A stretch of 63,471 bases of DNA, the filler included, from Vannella sp. (Eukaryota): NCBI GenBank assembly GCA_023345925.1. It is 9 parts of 9 records of this genome, joined end to end, with 100 filler letters (N's around TTAATTAATTAA, not from the genome) between each part and the next. Parts side by side here need not be neighbours in the genome. Positions count along the whole stretch, not along the records: positions 1 to 6,262 come from JAJQQN010000009.1; positions 6,363 to 15,694 come from JAJQQN010000916.1; 7 more parts are not named here. The stretch is one strand, 5' to 3'. A model generated the notes under the pieces. The model was given only the letters and a program-made list of their open reading frames with translations, was not told where the DNA came from and made no database searches. This document shows positions 1 through 10,281 of the stretch, in pieces. The stretch's first letter is position 1. Each line of letters starts with the position of its first letter. The position numbers were made by a program, and so were the translations under genes.

Positions 1-216
1 CAAGACAGGAAGTGACTTATGGCCCTTTGCCCATACTTGGAGTTGTTTCCTTTTGCGTTGAATAGGTTTCCACTGCCTTCAATTCGCCTTAGCCATTGAT
101 TATCAGGACAAGAAAAGATGATGAGTGGAACAATGCAGTTTTTCCTTGTATGGGTTGAAACCATAGTCACAGTGCAAGTTATAAGTATATTTCCAATGAG
201 CGTGGTGAGGGAGAGT

Positions 217-1579
217 CTAAGGGTCAATTGGTATGGCCAATCGCTCCCGTATGTTGTCATAAATGCCTCCTTTCGCAATTCGGTCTCGATATTCTTGTTC
301 GAGATTCTGTGCCTTCTTTCGAAGTAGCTGCAAGCCAGTGTGAGGTCAAATGAATGTACAAAAGCAAAATGGTACGTACTACAACGATGAGGTAAGCAAA
401 GTTCTTGGTCCCAAAGTTGATAACCCAATAGGGCAGGGACATTTGAGGATCAACGTCACTGTAGAGCGAAAAGCTGGTCTCCGTTTCGCTGATCCGTTTC
501 ACCACCATCCTGCATCCTGTGAGTCCCAATCACAACAGGCAAATAGAAACAGACCCCGCCAGATTGCAGTGCATTCGGATGGCCTTGGAGGTCTCATCGG
601 GCGGAATGTAATTGAAGGTCTTCTGAAGATACTCGAGTTCTCCCTCGGAGGGGCGCTTTGCCATAGCCACAAGAGTGTTCTCCTCCATCATATCCACTCC
701 ATAGGCATACATCAGCTAGCCCAACAGCATTACCACTGTCCCACTTCCTCTGAGAAGAGAGGGTTTACCATTTCGCGTGTTGATATGACCCAATTGACGG
801 GAGAGGGCGGGACCAGAACCAGCCGGACCACTTTCTTAAAGTCTGAGATTGTCAATTGCTCTTCGCTTTCCTAAGGAGAGTCAGAGACCGTACAAACACC
901 TTGAAGTTGATATCCTACAGAGCAAGTGGGGATCCAAAGGCGATAGAGATCGATCTCGGCTATTAAAGCTAGGACATCAAATAGAGGGCTGTGGATGGTG
1001 CCTGAAGAACTTCAGTTGAGGTGCCCTGACACAGTGACATACCTCTGATCTTAACATGGTATGTATCTGATCCTTCAGGCTTGCGGTACCATGTCCGGAT
1101 GCCGTCAGAGTCCTTGGCCAGCTGCCATCCTACTGTGACCGATTAGATATGCAAACCCAGTTGCCCTGTGTACGTGCCATCCTCAGACTCCAAGTTATCA
1201 AGAAGCGTGAAGACGGAGAGCGCTTCGACTTCAAGCTGGTTGAGCTGAACCAGCTGTTTGTCGATGTGTTCCTTCGCAGCAATTAACTTGGCGGCATCTC
1301 CTGTTTAAGGTAAGCTTCTTTACAAGTAGAAGCAGTATATCCCACCTTCTTCGGGCTCCGTCTCATCAAACTGAGCGATGAGAGCCTTCACATCTCTCCA
1401 AATCAACCAAGCCTTGAAATAGTCAGGGTCCGACCACCCTCAGAGTACAGTAAACCCACCCTAGTGGTCTTCTCTTTCTGATAAAGCTCCTGAATGATCC
1501 TCAGCGCCTCCTCCACCGTATCCAAAGTCACCACAACGTAATCCTGCTTGGCATCAGGCCGCAGCCGGTCTCCGCTCAT
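217..1579 (-). CDS. START-domain lipid-binding protein (multi-exon)
   Basis: Spliced reading gives LESEDGWQLAKDSDGIRTWYRKPEG, GTIHSPLFDVLALIAEIDLY and VDPQMSLPYWVINFGTKNFAY, which are typical START motifs. About six short introns; TAG stop at 217-219. Confidence 0.75.
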
Positions 1580-1656
1580 CCCCTGACACCAAAGAATGAT
1601 TAATTCAAATCCCACCTATTTCAATCCATTTCACAAAGTTTTAAGGTCATTTGGGC

Positions 1657-1890
1657 ATGGCCAAGTGGGAGGTGCCGCAGTTCGCCCGCGGCCATCCGCG
1701 ATACGTTTATCTCTATTGGGTTCTTGTGTTGGGGGCTGGCTCGTATTATAGTGTGGACTACTTGTATAGGAGGATGACTGCGAAGGCTCCTGCCCCTCCA
1801 AAGCAGCTTTCCCTTGATTCTCTTTCAGAAGAACAACTGGAGCGGCTGAAGGCTCAAAGGAGGGCCCAAACAGCTAAGAATGCCACATAA
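1657..1890 (+). CDS. Small single-pass membrane protein (77 aa), function unknown
   Basis: Clean ORF with one hydrophobic segment (YVYLYWVLVLGAGSYYSV) and a basic/helical tail. Confidence 0.55.
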   Translation: MAKWEVPQFARGHPRYVYLYWVLVLGAGSYYSVDYLYRRMTAKAPAPPKQLSLDSLSEEQLERLKAQRRAQTAKNAT

Positions 1891-2615
1891 ACCCATTCAT
1901 CATGCTCTCCTTACCCACTGCGATGGACAAGACCGTGTACCCACAACGAAAAGGCCCCTGCCTCTGCACCCAGAAAGAAGGAACCGGGCAATGCCTCAAG
2001 AGGGCTACTCTTCCCGACCCGAGCCTTGACAGGCGATTTCCGTGTTCCTCTAGAGCCAAATACTTGCCAACAAGAGAGATGCCATTACCAACGAGCTGAA
2101 GAAGTGGCAAAATGCTTCTCAAAGGGTGAAAGCAACCCAGAAAGAGATGGAGCAGCTTCGCTGCCAACTGAATGCCTTCAAAGAAGCGTTTCCTCCCTAA
2201 AAAAGGAGAAGGGGACCTGCTGGGAGAGCTGCAAACGTGTCAGCAGCTGGATTTGAGTCACTTTGTTCGGTCAGCTGCAAAAGTGGAGAAGGAGCTGGAA
2301 TCGAGGGATCGGCCAAAAGACCAGCACATTGTGGCTCTCAATACTCAAGAACACAACTGCAGACACCGAAAGAGATGGCTGGTCTCTTGAACGAGAACGG
2401 GCTCAAAATGGTGACGCGGGACATCATCCGCCAAACAGGAGCTTTCGAACGTGGTGCATTACTATTCCTCACTATCCAGGACCTCCAGTTGAGTGCATAA
2501 GACCCAAGTGCATGGACAAGGCCCGCCAAGTTCACTTCCAAGTCCCAGGAGAAGCTTACAATTAAATCGGTTTAAAATTCATATTCCGAGCCTCAAGAGA
2601 AGACATTCATTTGGG

Positions 2616-2697
2616 GCGGAATGCGGAATTGCAACCGAACGCGGCGGAATGGAGCCCAAATGAGGTGAAATGCGGCATTTTGTTTCCCGCATTCCGC
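2616..2697. promoter_or_regulatory. GCGGAAT motif cluster with an 11-bp inverted repeat upstream of the acyl-CoA dehydrogenase
   Basis: gcggaatgcgg (2616-2626) is the exact reverse complement of ccgcattccgc (2687-2697). A further gcggaat lies at about 2644. Confidence 0.4.
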
Positions 2698-2704
2698 TGT
2701 TGCC

Positions 2705-4288
2705 ATGCCGGAGAAGTTTACGCTTGAGCAGATCAGAAGCCACAATACGGAGGAGGACTGTTGGGTGGTGGTGGATGGAAAGGTGTACGACGTGACTCCG
2801 TTTCTTCCTCAGCATCCTGGTGGGAAGAAGGTCGTCATCAAGGAGTCGGGCAAGGATGCGTCAGAGAAGTTCCACTCGTTGCACACCAAGGATGTGATAG
2901 AGAGGTACGGTAAAGAGCTCTACATTGGTGATGTGGGAGAAGAAGACCAACCGGAGGAGATGAAGAAGATGGACAAACTCCAAATGGTAGCCATGGCCAT
3001 GAAGACGGACAACGCCTATGGAGAGGGTATACCCTATGGGGACCCCAGCTGGTACCAAGATTGGAACAGCCCCTACTACAACGACTCCCACCGGAGATTC
3101 CGCAAGTTTGTACGCGAGTTTACCGAGAAGGAGATCATGCCCTTCACGCACGAGTGGGACGAAGCAAAGGAGTTCCCGAAGGATCTCTTTCAGAAGATGG
3201 CCCAGGCTGGCCTTCTGGCGTGCTGCGCTGGAAAGGATTGGCCGGTCCAGTACGTTGGAAGTGTCATCGCTGGTGGCGCTGTGAGTGTGGAGGAGTTTGA
3301 CCACTTCCACGAGTTTATCTTTGGTGATGAGATCTCCCGCTGTGGCTCTGGTGGCATCCTTTGGGGTCTATTCGGAGGTCTAAGCATCGGTCTTCCTCCC
3401 GTTCTCCGGTTCGGCTCACAAGAACTGAAGGATCGAGTCGCACCAGGCTGTCTGCTTGGAGAGAAGGTCATCTGCTTGGCCATTACTGAGCCCTCCGGAG
3501 GGAGTGACGTGGCCAACCTTCTTACTGAGGCCAAGCTAACTCCAGATGGAAAGCACTACATCGTCAACGGAGAGAAGAAATGGATCACCAATGGAGTGTT
3601 CGCTGACTACTTCACCACAGCTGTACGCACAGGTGGTCCTGGAATGGGAGGAGTGTCGATGTTGCTCATCGAACGCACAATGCCGGGTGTTACTACCCGC
3701 CAGATGAAGTGCTCCGGTGTATGGTCATCTGGAACTACTTACATCACCTTTGAGAACGTCAAGGTACCTGTAGAGAACCTCATTGGCAAGGAAAACAAGG
3801 GATTCAAGTACATCATGCTCAACTTCAACAGCGAGCGCATTGCCATCTCCATCCAAGCTAACCGCTTTGCTCGCGTCTGCCTGGAAGAGTCTATCAAGCA
3901 TGCTTACCGTCGAAAGACGTTCGGGAAGAGGCTGATCGACCATCCCGTCATCCGCTTGAAGATCGCTCATATGTCACGCCAGGTGGAGGCTACGCATGCG
4001 TGGATGGAGAACATCATTTATCAGACGAACACGATGACCTGGGAAGAGCAACAGGTGCGTCTTGGAGGCCCTATCGCACTCCTCAAGGCCCAGACCACTG
4101 TTACCTTCGAGTACTGTGCTCGAGAAGCATCCCAGATCTTTGGTGGCCTCGCTTACACTAGAGGAGGTCAAGGAGAGAAGGTTGAACGACTCTACCGAGA
4201 GGTACGCGCCTTTGCCATCCCTGCTGGTTCGGAGGAGATCATGTTGGACTTGGGTGTTCGCCAAGCCATGCGCTTCTCCAAGCTCTGA
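2705..4288 (+). CDS. Cytochrome b5 - acyl-CoA dehydrogenase fusion with C-terminal PTS1 (SKL)
   Basis: N-terminal b5 motifs (DCWVVVDGKVYDVT, HPGG); ACAD motifs (CLAITEPSGGSDVA, NGEKKWITNG, QIFGGLAY); ends RFSKL; intronless. Confidence 0.93.
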   Translation: MPEKFTLEQIRSHNTEEDCWVVVDGKVYDVTPFLPQHPGGKKVVIKESGKDASEKFHSLHTKDVIERYGKELYIGDVGEEDQPEEMKKMDKLQMVAMAMKTDNAYGEGIPYGDPSWYQDWNSPYYNDSHRRFRKFVREFTEKEIMPFTHEWDEAKEFPKDLFQKMAQAGLLACCAGKDWPVQYVGSVIAGGAVSVEEFDHFHEFIFGDEISRCGSGGILWGLFGGLSIGLPPVLRFGSQELKDRVAPGCLLGEKVICLAITEPSGGSDVANLLTEAKLTPDGKHYIVNGEKKWITNGVFADYFTTAVRTGGPGMGGVSMLLIERTMPGVTTRQMKCSGVWSSGTTYITFENVKVPVENLIGKENKGFKYIMLNFNSERIAISIQANRFARVCLEESIKHAYRRKTFGKRLIDHPVIRLKIAHMSRQVEATHAWMENIIYQTNTMTWEEQQVRLGGPIALLKAQTTVTFEYCAREASQIFGGLAYTRGGQGEKVERLYREVRAFAIPAGSEEIMLDLGVRQAMRFSKL

Positions 4289-4359
4289 GCACACTCACAC
4301 TATGACCAATAACACACTCGTTTAGCTTCTCTCTGTCGCGGGAATTGGACCATTCTTTC

Positions 4360-5373
4360 ATGCACCAGAGGACTTTGGGAGCTGTCTTTCGAGCGGGAGG
4401 CTTTGCCACGCGGGCGCCTCCAGCACCAAAGAGGATACGTGGGGTTAAACAAGTACTGGCTATCACCTCGAACAAAGGAGGGGTGGGGAAGTCCACCACA
4501 GCGGGTGAGTTTAGTGAGGCGATGCGTCAGGGTCTAATAGAGCAGTCAATATTGGGCTGGCGCTGAGCCAGAAGGGGTTATCTGTGGGACTACTTGATGT
4601 GGATATCTATGGGCCATCGTTTCCTCTCCTACTCAACCTCCACGACCACCAACCAAGGTTGAATGATGGTACGGGAGGCAGCAAGCGCGCCTGTGGTCTG
4701 ATCATGGGACTGGGTAGAGAAGATGTTGATACCACTACAAAACTTTGGTGTCAAGGCCATGTCGATGGGCTTCCTCACCCCACGGGGAGTTGCAGCCAGT
4801 TGGCGAGGACCAATGCTCCTCTCTGCAGTGAACCAAATGCTCTTCGGTGTTGAGTGGGACGGTGTCGATGTCCTAGTGATCGATATGCCTCCTGGCACTG
4901 GCGATACTCAGATCAGCTTGGTCCAGAGTGTCCAGCTCACCGGGGCTGTTCTTGTCTCTACGCCCCAGCAACTGGCCCTTGAGGATGTCAAGAGAGGTCT
5001 CGACCTATTCCAGAAGTGCAATGTCACAGTAAGGCTTCCTGTCGGAGCGCCAGAGAGATTCTGAAGGGATTAGGTGGCGGGACTGATTGAGAATATGAGC
5101 TACTTTACCTGTGGCAAGTGCTCTGAGAAGCATTATCTTTTTGGCCAGAGTGGAGCGCGTCAAGCAGCTCAAGACTATCAAATTCCCTTCCTGGGAGAAG
5201 TGCCAATCCATCCGGATATCTCCCGTAACTCTGATGATGGCACTCCCATTGTTGTTTCCGCTCCACATTCAGAGCAAGCTAAGGTGTATAGGGATATAGC
5301 CGATTCGATTAATCAGTTTTTACTGTCTCAACCAGCGCCAGAAGATGTTCAAGTCCCGATTATCTTCGAGTGA
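4360..5373 (+). CDS. NUBPL: Mrp/NBP35-family Fe-S carrier ATPase, Ind1/NUBPL-like (3 introns)
   Basis: SNKGGVGKSTTA, LLDVDIYGPS, WRGPM, DMPPGTGD and ENMSYFTCGKC motifs; presequence-like N-terminus; introns of 41, 49 and 45 nt. Confidence 0.88.
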
Positions 5374-5387
5374 GCTTTGGCATTCTC

Positions 5388-5892
5388 TCACTGGTGGAAG
5401 GTCATCAAGGCAGACAATGTTGGCGAAATAAGGAATTCTGTTTTCCCTTGCTTCTCTCCTTCCTTGGCGGTCAGATAGAAGCACATGTCATCGGCCAGAT
5501 GGAAGTAAACTCGCAGCATTTCCGCGGAGCGTTCCTCAGTCTCAAGTCCTTGGATGCTGAAACCTCTGTTAAACAGACAAAGTCAAAGGAGACGTTTCTT
5601 ACCAAAACTCAAGAGGAAAGAGGTCGACGCAGGGTTGATCCTCCAAAGTACAATACGTGAAAGAGACTGCGAGATTGAGGCGGGAAATCTCGGATCGCAA
5701 AGAGCAAACATCTGGAAGCTCTGCCAATGTGGCAGTGTTGGACCAACAAGTAGACTGCTGCATGTACGCTTGGACTTTCCCATAGACTGTCTCTCCAGTC
5801 CTCATCTTCTCCCGGTAATCCATCTTATGGCTGATCGAAAGAGCTCTCACCCCCATCAGCACAACAACAAGTACAAAGATGGCCCTTTGCAT
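5388..5892 (-). CDS. Secreted protein consisting of a GEX1/KAR5/Brambleberry-like cysteine-rich domain
   Basis: Signal peptide MQRAIFVLVVVLMGVRA. Removing a 46-nt GT-AG intron (5557-5602) gives TCW..C..RLNLAVSFTYC..PC..FCIQGL..VYFHLADDMCFYL, the six-Cys spacing of the GEX1 CRD. Confidence 0.65.
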
Positions 5893-6117
5893 CCTAAAGT
5901 CTGTAGGTAATGAGCCTTCATCCCTTTCTCCTTCCTCAAATACTCCCAAACCCAAGACACTGCCAAACGACACCTGCTTGGCACCCCTTTTATTGCGCCA
6001 TAATGATGTCATTGGGTGGAAAGGAATTTTCTTTGCGGCAATTCCATTCGTCAGAACGAGGGAAAAGGAGGATTGCGGGACCTCAGTGAGTCCACTTTTT
6101 CGTTCTCGTTGGTGATC

Positions 6118-6262
6118 ATGCGCACATCTCTTGCAGTGATCTGCCTGTTTGCTTTGGTCGGCTCTTCGATTGCTGCCATTGCTGCGGATAAGATTAATTC
6201 GCTACCTCATTATGATGAGGATATCACCTTCAACCAGTATGCTGGTTACATCAATGTGAACA
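6118..6262 (+). CDS. Serine carboxypeptidase (S10) N-terminus, cut by contig end
   Basis: Signal peptide followed by DKINSLPHYDEDITFNQYAGYINVN, matching the S10 D.I..LP......F.QY.GY..V start. Confidence 0.8.
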
Positions 6263-6362
6263 NNNNNNNNNNNNNNNNNNNNNNNNNNNNNNNNNNNNNN
6301 NNNNNNTTAATTAATTAANNNNNNNNNNNNNNNNNNNNNNNNNNNNNNNNNNNNNNNNNNNN
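6263..6362. other. Artificial contig linker; identical linkers at 15695-15794, 21307-21406, 27341-27440, 39376-39475, 45520-45619, 54985-55084 and 60937-61036
   Basis: 100-nt blocks of N with a central TTAATTAATTAA (stops in all six frames); genes are cut at these points. Confidence 0.98.
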
Positions 6363-6420
6363 GATTTTATATGTTCGTAAGAGGGCAGCTTTTCCATCGT
6401 TTGGAGGGATGATCAAATGA
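6363..6420 (+). repeat. Dispersed repeat A, copy 1
   Basis: gattttatatgttcgtaagagggcagcttttccatcgtttggagggatgatcaaatga closely matches 13440-13496. Confidence 0.8.
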
Positions 6421-6650
6421 GCCCAAAAGTGCCTCGATCAAAACACATAAAAATTTCATTGGTAAAGGTCCCGATCGAATTTAGAGATACTTTTCAACCA
6501 TGGTTGATCTGGGCCCGTGAACTTTCTCTCATGACAGAAAAATTATGGGATCTATTTTCTTCGAGAATTTTTGCAATCCCATTCCATTCTCCCTCCATTT
6601 TGAGGATTGGGATAAAATAGATTAGAAGCAAAGCATAAACTAGGCAATTT

Positions 6651-9063
6651 ATGGCGGCTTGTGTGAGGTTGGCGGGGCTGGTTGGGCTTCTGGTCCTGGT
6701 TCTCCACCATGCCGAGGGGATCAAGATTACGGCTCTCTTTCCACTCACAGGATCGGCCTTGACGCAGTCAGGAAGGGACGGAGAGGTGGCGGCTCGCATT
6801 GCCGCGGAAGACATTCAAGCGGACCCGAACCTGCCCATCAAGGTGGAGCTTCTTTACTACGACACACGCGGGACCCGGGCTGTATGTGAACCAAGACTCA
6901 TCACTCCTCTAACAAACTGACAGGGTGCCATTGATGGTTTCTTCCAAGGGAAAGACAGTGGGTCGGTGGCGGTCGTTGGAGCAGCGTCAAGCGATGAGAG
7001 CGGTGTGGTGGCCTTGTTGGGATACCAGTTCCGAGTGCCTCAACTCTCTTACTCTTCCACGAGCGATGAACTGAGCGACAAGAGCCTGTACCCCTTCTTT
7101 GGACGCCTCGCCCCTCCTGACAAAGGCCAAGCGGAGGCCCTCGCGCAGATTGTCCGCAGGTACGGCTGGGGAAGCAACGTGAGCGCCATATCAGCTTCCA
7201 ATGCGTACGGTATTGGAGGCATTGAACGATTCATTGAGGTAGGTAAGAACCTGAACGTCACGCTGAAGAAATGGTCGCAATATCCTCCCTCGAGAAATGT
7301 CAGTGTAGCAGTGAAGGAGTTAGCGGATAGCACGTCCAGAGTGTTTATAGCATTCGTATACGACACTGAAATGCAGGATATCCTTCGCGAAGCGAGCACA
7401 CTGGGCATCGTTGGGCCCAAGTATGTTTGGTTTTGCTCTGACGGCTGCGCTGCCTCTTCGCTCTTGAAAGATCCCAATGATGCAACCAAGTTTGAATCAG
7501 ATGTACAGGAGCACTCTAAAGGCCTACTGGGAGTGATTGTGGGAGGCAATGGAGCTGTTTTTGATGCTTTCAAAATCAGCTGGTTTTCAAAAACAGGGCT
7601 AACAGCGTTTGATGACTATGCTCCTTATGTCTATGATTGCGTATACACCTTCGCTTTGGCCTACAATGATATGGCTCGAGCTGGCCAAAACATTTCAGAT
7701 ACTGACCTGGTTCTTAGCACCATCCGAAACACGTCCTTTCAAGGTGCTTCTGGCTTCGTTCAATTTGATCCATCCACGGGAGATCGCATTGACGCATTGT
7801 ACAACTTTGTCAATCTTCGAAGCGAGAGCAATTACACTTCCTTCACCTCTATCGGCACCTGGAACCAAAAGAATGCGAACAACCTGACAAGCTTCGGGTT
7901 AGATCTTGAAAAACCAATTGAGTACTACGATGGGACAACGAAGCAGCCCGACTTGGATGTTCGGGAGCCATTTAACTACTGGGATTGCTACGAAGGAAAG
8001 AAAGGCCGCGATGAAAGCGGGAAGAAGATCCCCATCAGCAAGCCCAAGGACAACAATCCTCATTACATTGCCTACCATTATCGCTGTGACCAGTTCATTG
8101 ATTGCGACAACATGTCTGACGAAGGTCTCTCCTGCGCCCCGAGTTACGTGGCCACATTCATTGCCTTTGGAATCATTACGGGTTTACTCGTTCTTCTAGT
8201 TCCCCTCTTTGCTGTCTCTGCGATAGCGTTTGGGGTTATTTGGAGGAAGAGGAGAATCAGGTTACTAAGTCCACCGTTCTTACTGCTCATTTGCATTGCT
8301 TCACTCCTCGGATATTTATCCACTTTTGCCTGGTATGGAAAGCCCAATCACGTGGCATGTAACTTCCAGCCTTGGCTGCTGGGACTTTCAGTGAACCTCA
8401 TGATTTCCGCTCTTTTTGTCAAGACCTTCCGCATTTGGAGGATCTTTAAGTCCCCTTTCAAACGCAAAACCATTCCAGACTCGCATATGTTGCTCCTAGT
8501 TGTCCTCTTAATGATACCATCCATCATTCTTCTGGCCATCTGGACGGGAATCTCGACTCCCACAACTGTTTTTGAGAAGAGAGGAAAATACTCTCACTTT
8601 GTGTGTGACACCGGAGGTGCCACTGGGCCTCCTGGAGGCATTGTTTTCTTCTTTATCTTTGTTGGATACACGGTAAGAATTCTCTTGATATGTTTGCGCT
8701 ACTCTGATGTCTCCGTAGGGGTGTTTGCTCCTCTTTGGAATGTTCCTCGCGTTTGTCACAAGAAATGTCCCGTCAGAGTACAGTGAAAGCAAGCTAGTGG
8801 GCTATTCAGTGTACAACTTGTTCTTTTTAGCTGCAGTGGTCATTCCAGTGTACTTTGTGCTTCGGGCGTCCAACCCAGTGGCCGCTTGGATCATTCGCAC
8901 CATTGGCATCCTGTACGGCTTCACGGCCACATTGTGGCTCCAATTCATCCCTCCATTGGCTATGCTTGCCTTCAACGACAAATTCGCTGCCATTCCTCCC
9001 ATCAAACAAGAATCCTACAATCCCACGCCAACCCATTCAACCCGAGACAACTCACTGGCCTAG
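6651..9063 (+). CDS. Class C (GABA-B/Grl-like) GPCR with Venus-flytrap domain, LDLa-like module and 7TM domain (2 introns)
   Basis: Signal peptide; ANF-receptor motifs (VPQLSYSSTSDELSDKSLYPFFGR, FQGASGFVQFD); RCDQFIDCDNMSDE; 7TM3 motifs (KTFRIWRIF, RNVPSEYSESK). Introns at 6882-6923 and 8673-8718. Confidence 0.9.
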
Positions 9064-9165
9064 CAAACCACGTCCGCTGGCCACTCCTGTCTGTTGATAA
9101 ACCTGCATAACTTTCCTATGAAGAGCCAAGTCACTTTGTGATAAAGAGGATTGAAGGGGAGCCGC

Positions 9166-10217
9166 TCAGGAGGAGGGGAATGGGATGATCGAACCGAAGA
9201 GGAAATGTTGCATTATCGGGAACTTGCCAACGACCTCTACTCGATACATCTTTAGGAGCCCCGTGTTGACCTTACTCCACAGGGGAACGTTGGACACTTC
9301 GGTAAGGATCGGGCTGTGCTCACCAAAAGGTCCCGTCTTCACCTGGTGGATAAACTGAATGGCATCCAAGTACATGTAATCGCTTGCATACGCTTCCAGG
9401 ACTTCAAGGTTACGGACAGAGCGGGGCTTGATGAGGGGGTGATCTTGTTCATACACTTGTGAGTTCAGAATTTCTGTGATCTCCCGCAGGGACGCTTACC
9501 GATGAGCTGCGCAGCACCCCAATAGAAAGGAAGGAACTGGTAATCGTCCAAACTCCACACACCGTGGGATCCAGCTGGCTCCAAGCCGTACGTGCGTTGA
9601 ATCTTCCGCATCACTCGAAGATATCTGCTCCTAGTCAGGACCAGCCACGAGGATCACGGCTAACGTACGAAGCAAACACAATGTTGACTAGTGCTTGTGA
9701 GTCAGCTGCAGTTACTGCTCCCAGCTTGAAGAGACAGAACATCCACGCAACAAAGCAAGTTTCATGCCCTGTCCCGTAGTCGATACGAGTTCTGTTACCC
9801 CAAGCTTCGCGGAAGTAGACGGATAACTCCACAGCAGCATATGCGTGCTCCTCAGGAAGGACCTTCCTCATCTGTTCCTCCGTTCTGGCAGCAAGTCGGT
9901 CAAACCAGTCCCGGTACGCCTTGTTACCGTAGCGCATGGGCTGTTGGATTGGTGGTATCTCATCTATCCAATCAGAGAGCTCTTCAATAGCTGCTAGCGC
10001 TCGATCAACCACCTTCCCCACCTCTCAACACCGCGCAAAAGGGAGAGAGCGAATCAAGGCTTACTGGAGAGCGTAGGCAAGGATCAGAGAGCTTCTTCTG
10101 CACGACAGACTCATTCAGTAACTGCAAGAACGCCATAAACTCCTCAAACACAGCAGACTGCAAGAACATTTGCAAATCCTCGGGCGAGTTGATCTTCCCC
10201 GTGGGCTCCTCACTCAT
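9166..10217 (-). CDS. PTPA: PP2A phosphotyrosyl phosphatase activator (PTPA/Rrd), 3 introns
   Basis: [43 protein letters not shown] and GPFGEHSP motifs. Confidence 0.92.
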
Positions 10218-10281
10218 AGCAACTAAGAATGACCCCATCGCACGTAGAGAAGTGTTTATCAGCCCATATCAAGGTCAAACC

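Noticed and set aside
6263..6362. Recurring TTAATTAATTAA within N runs as a biological repeat or array
   Set aside because: Identical 100-nt assembly linkers with six-frame stops; artificial.
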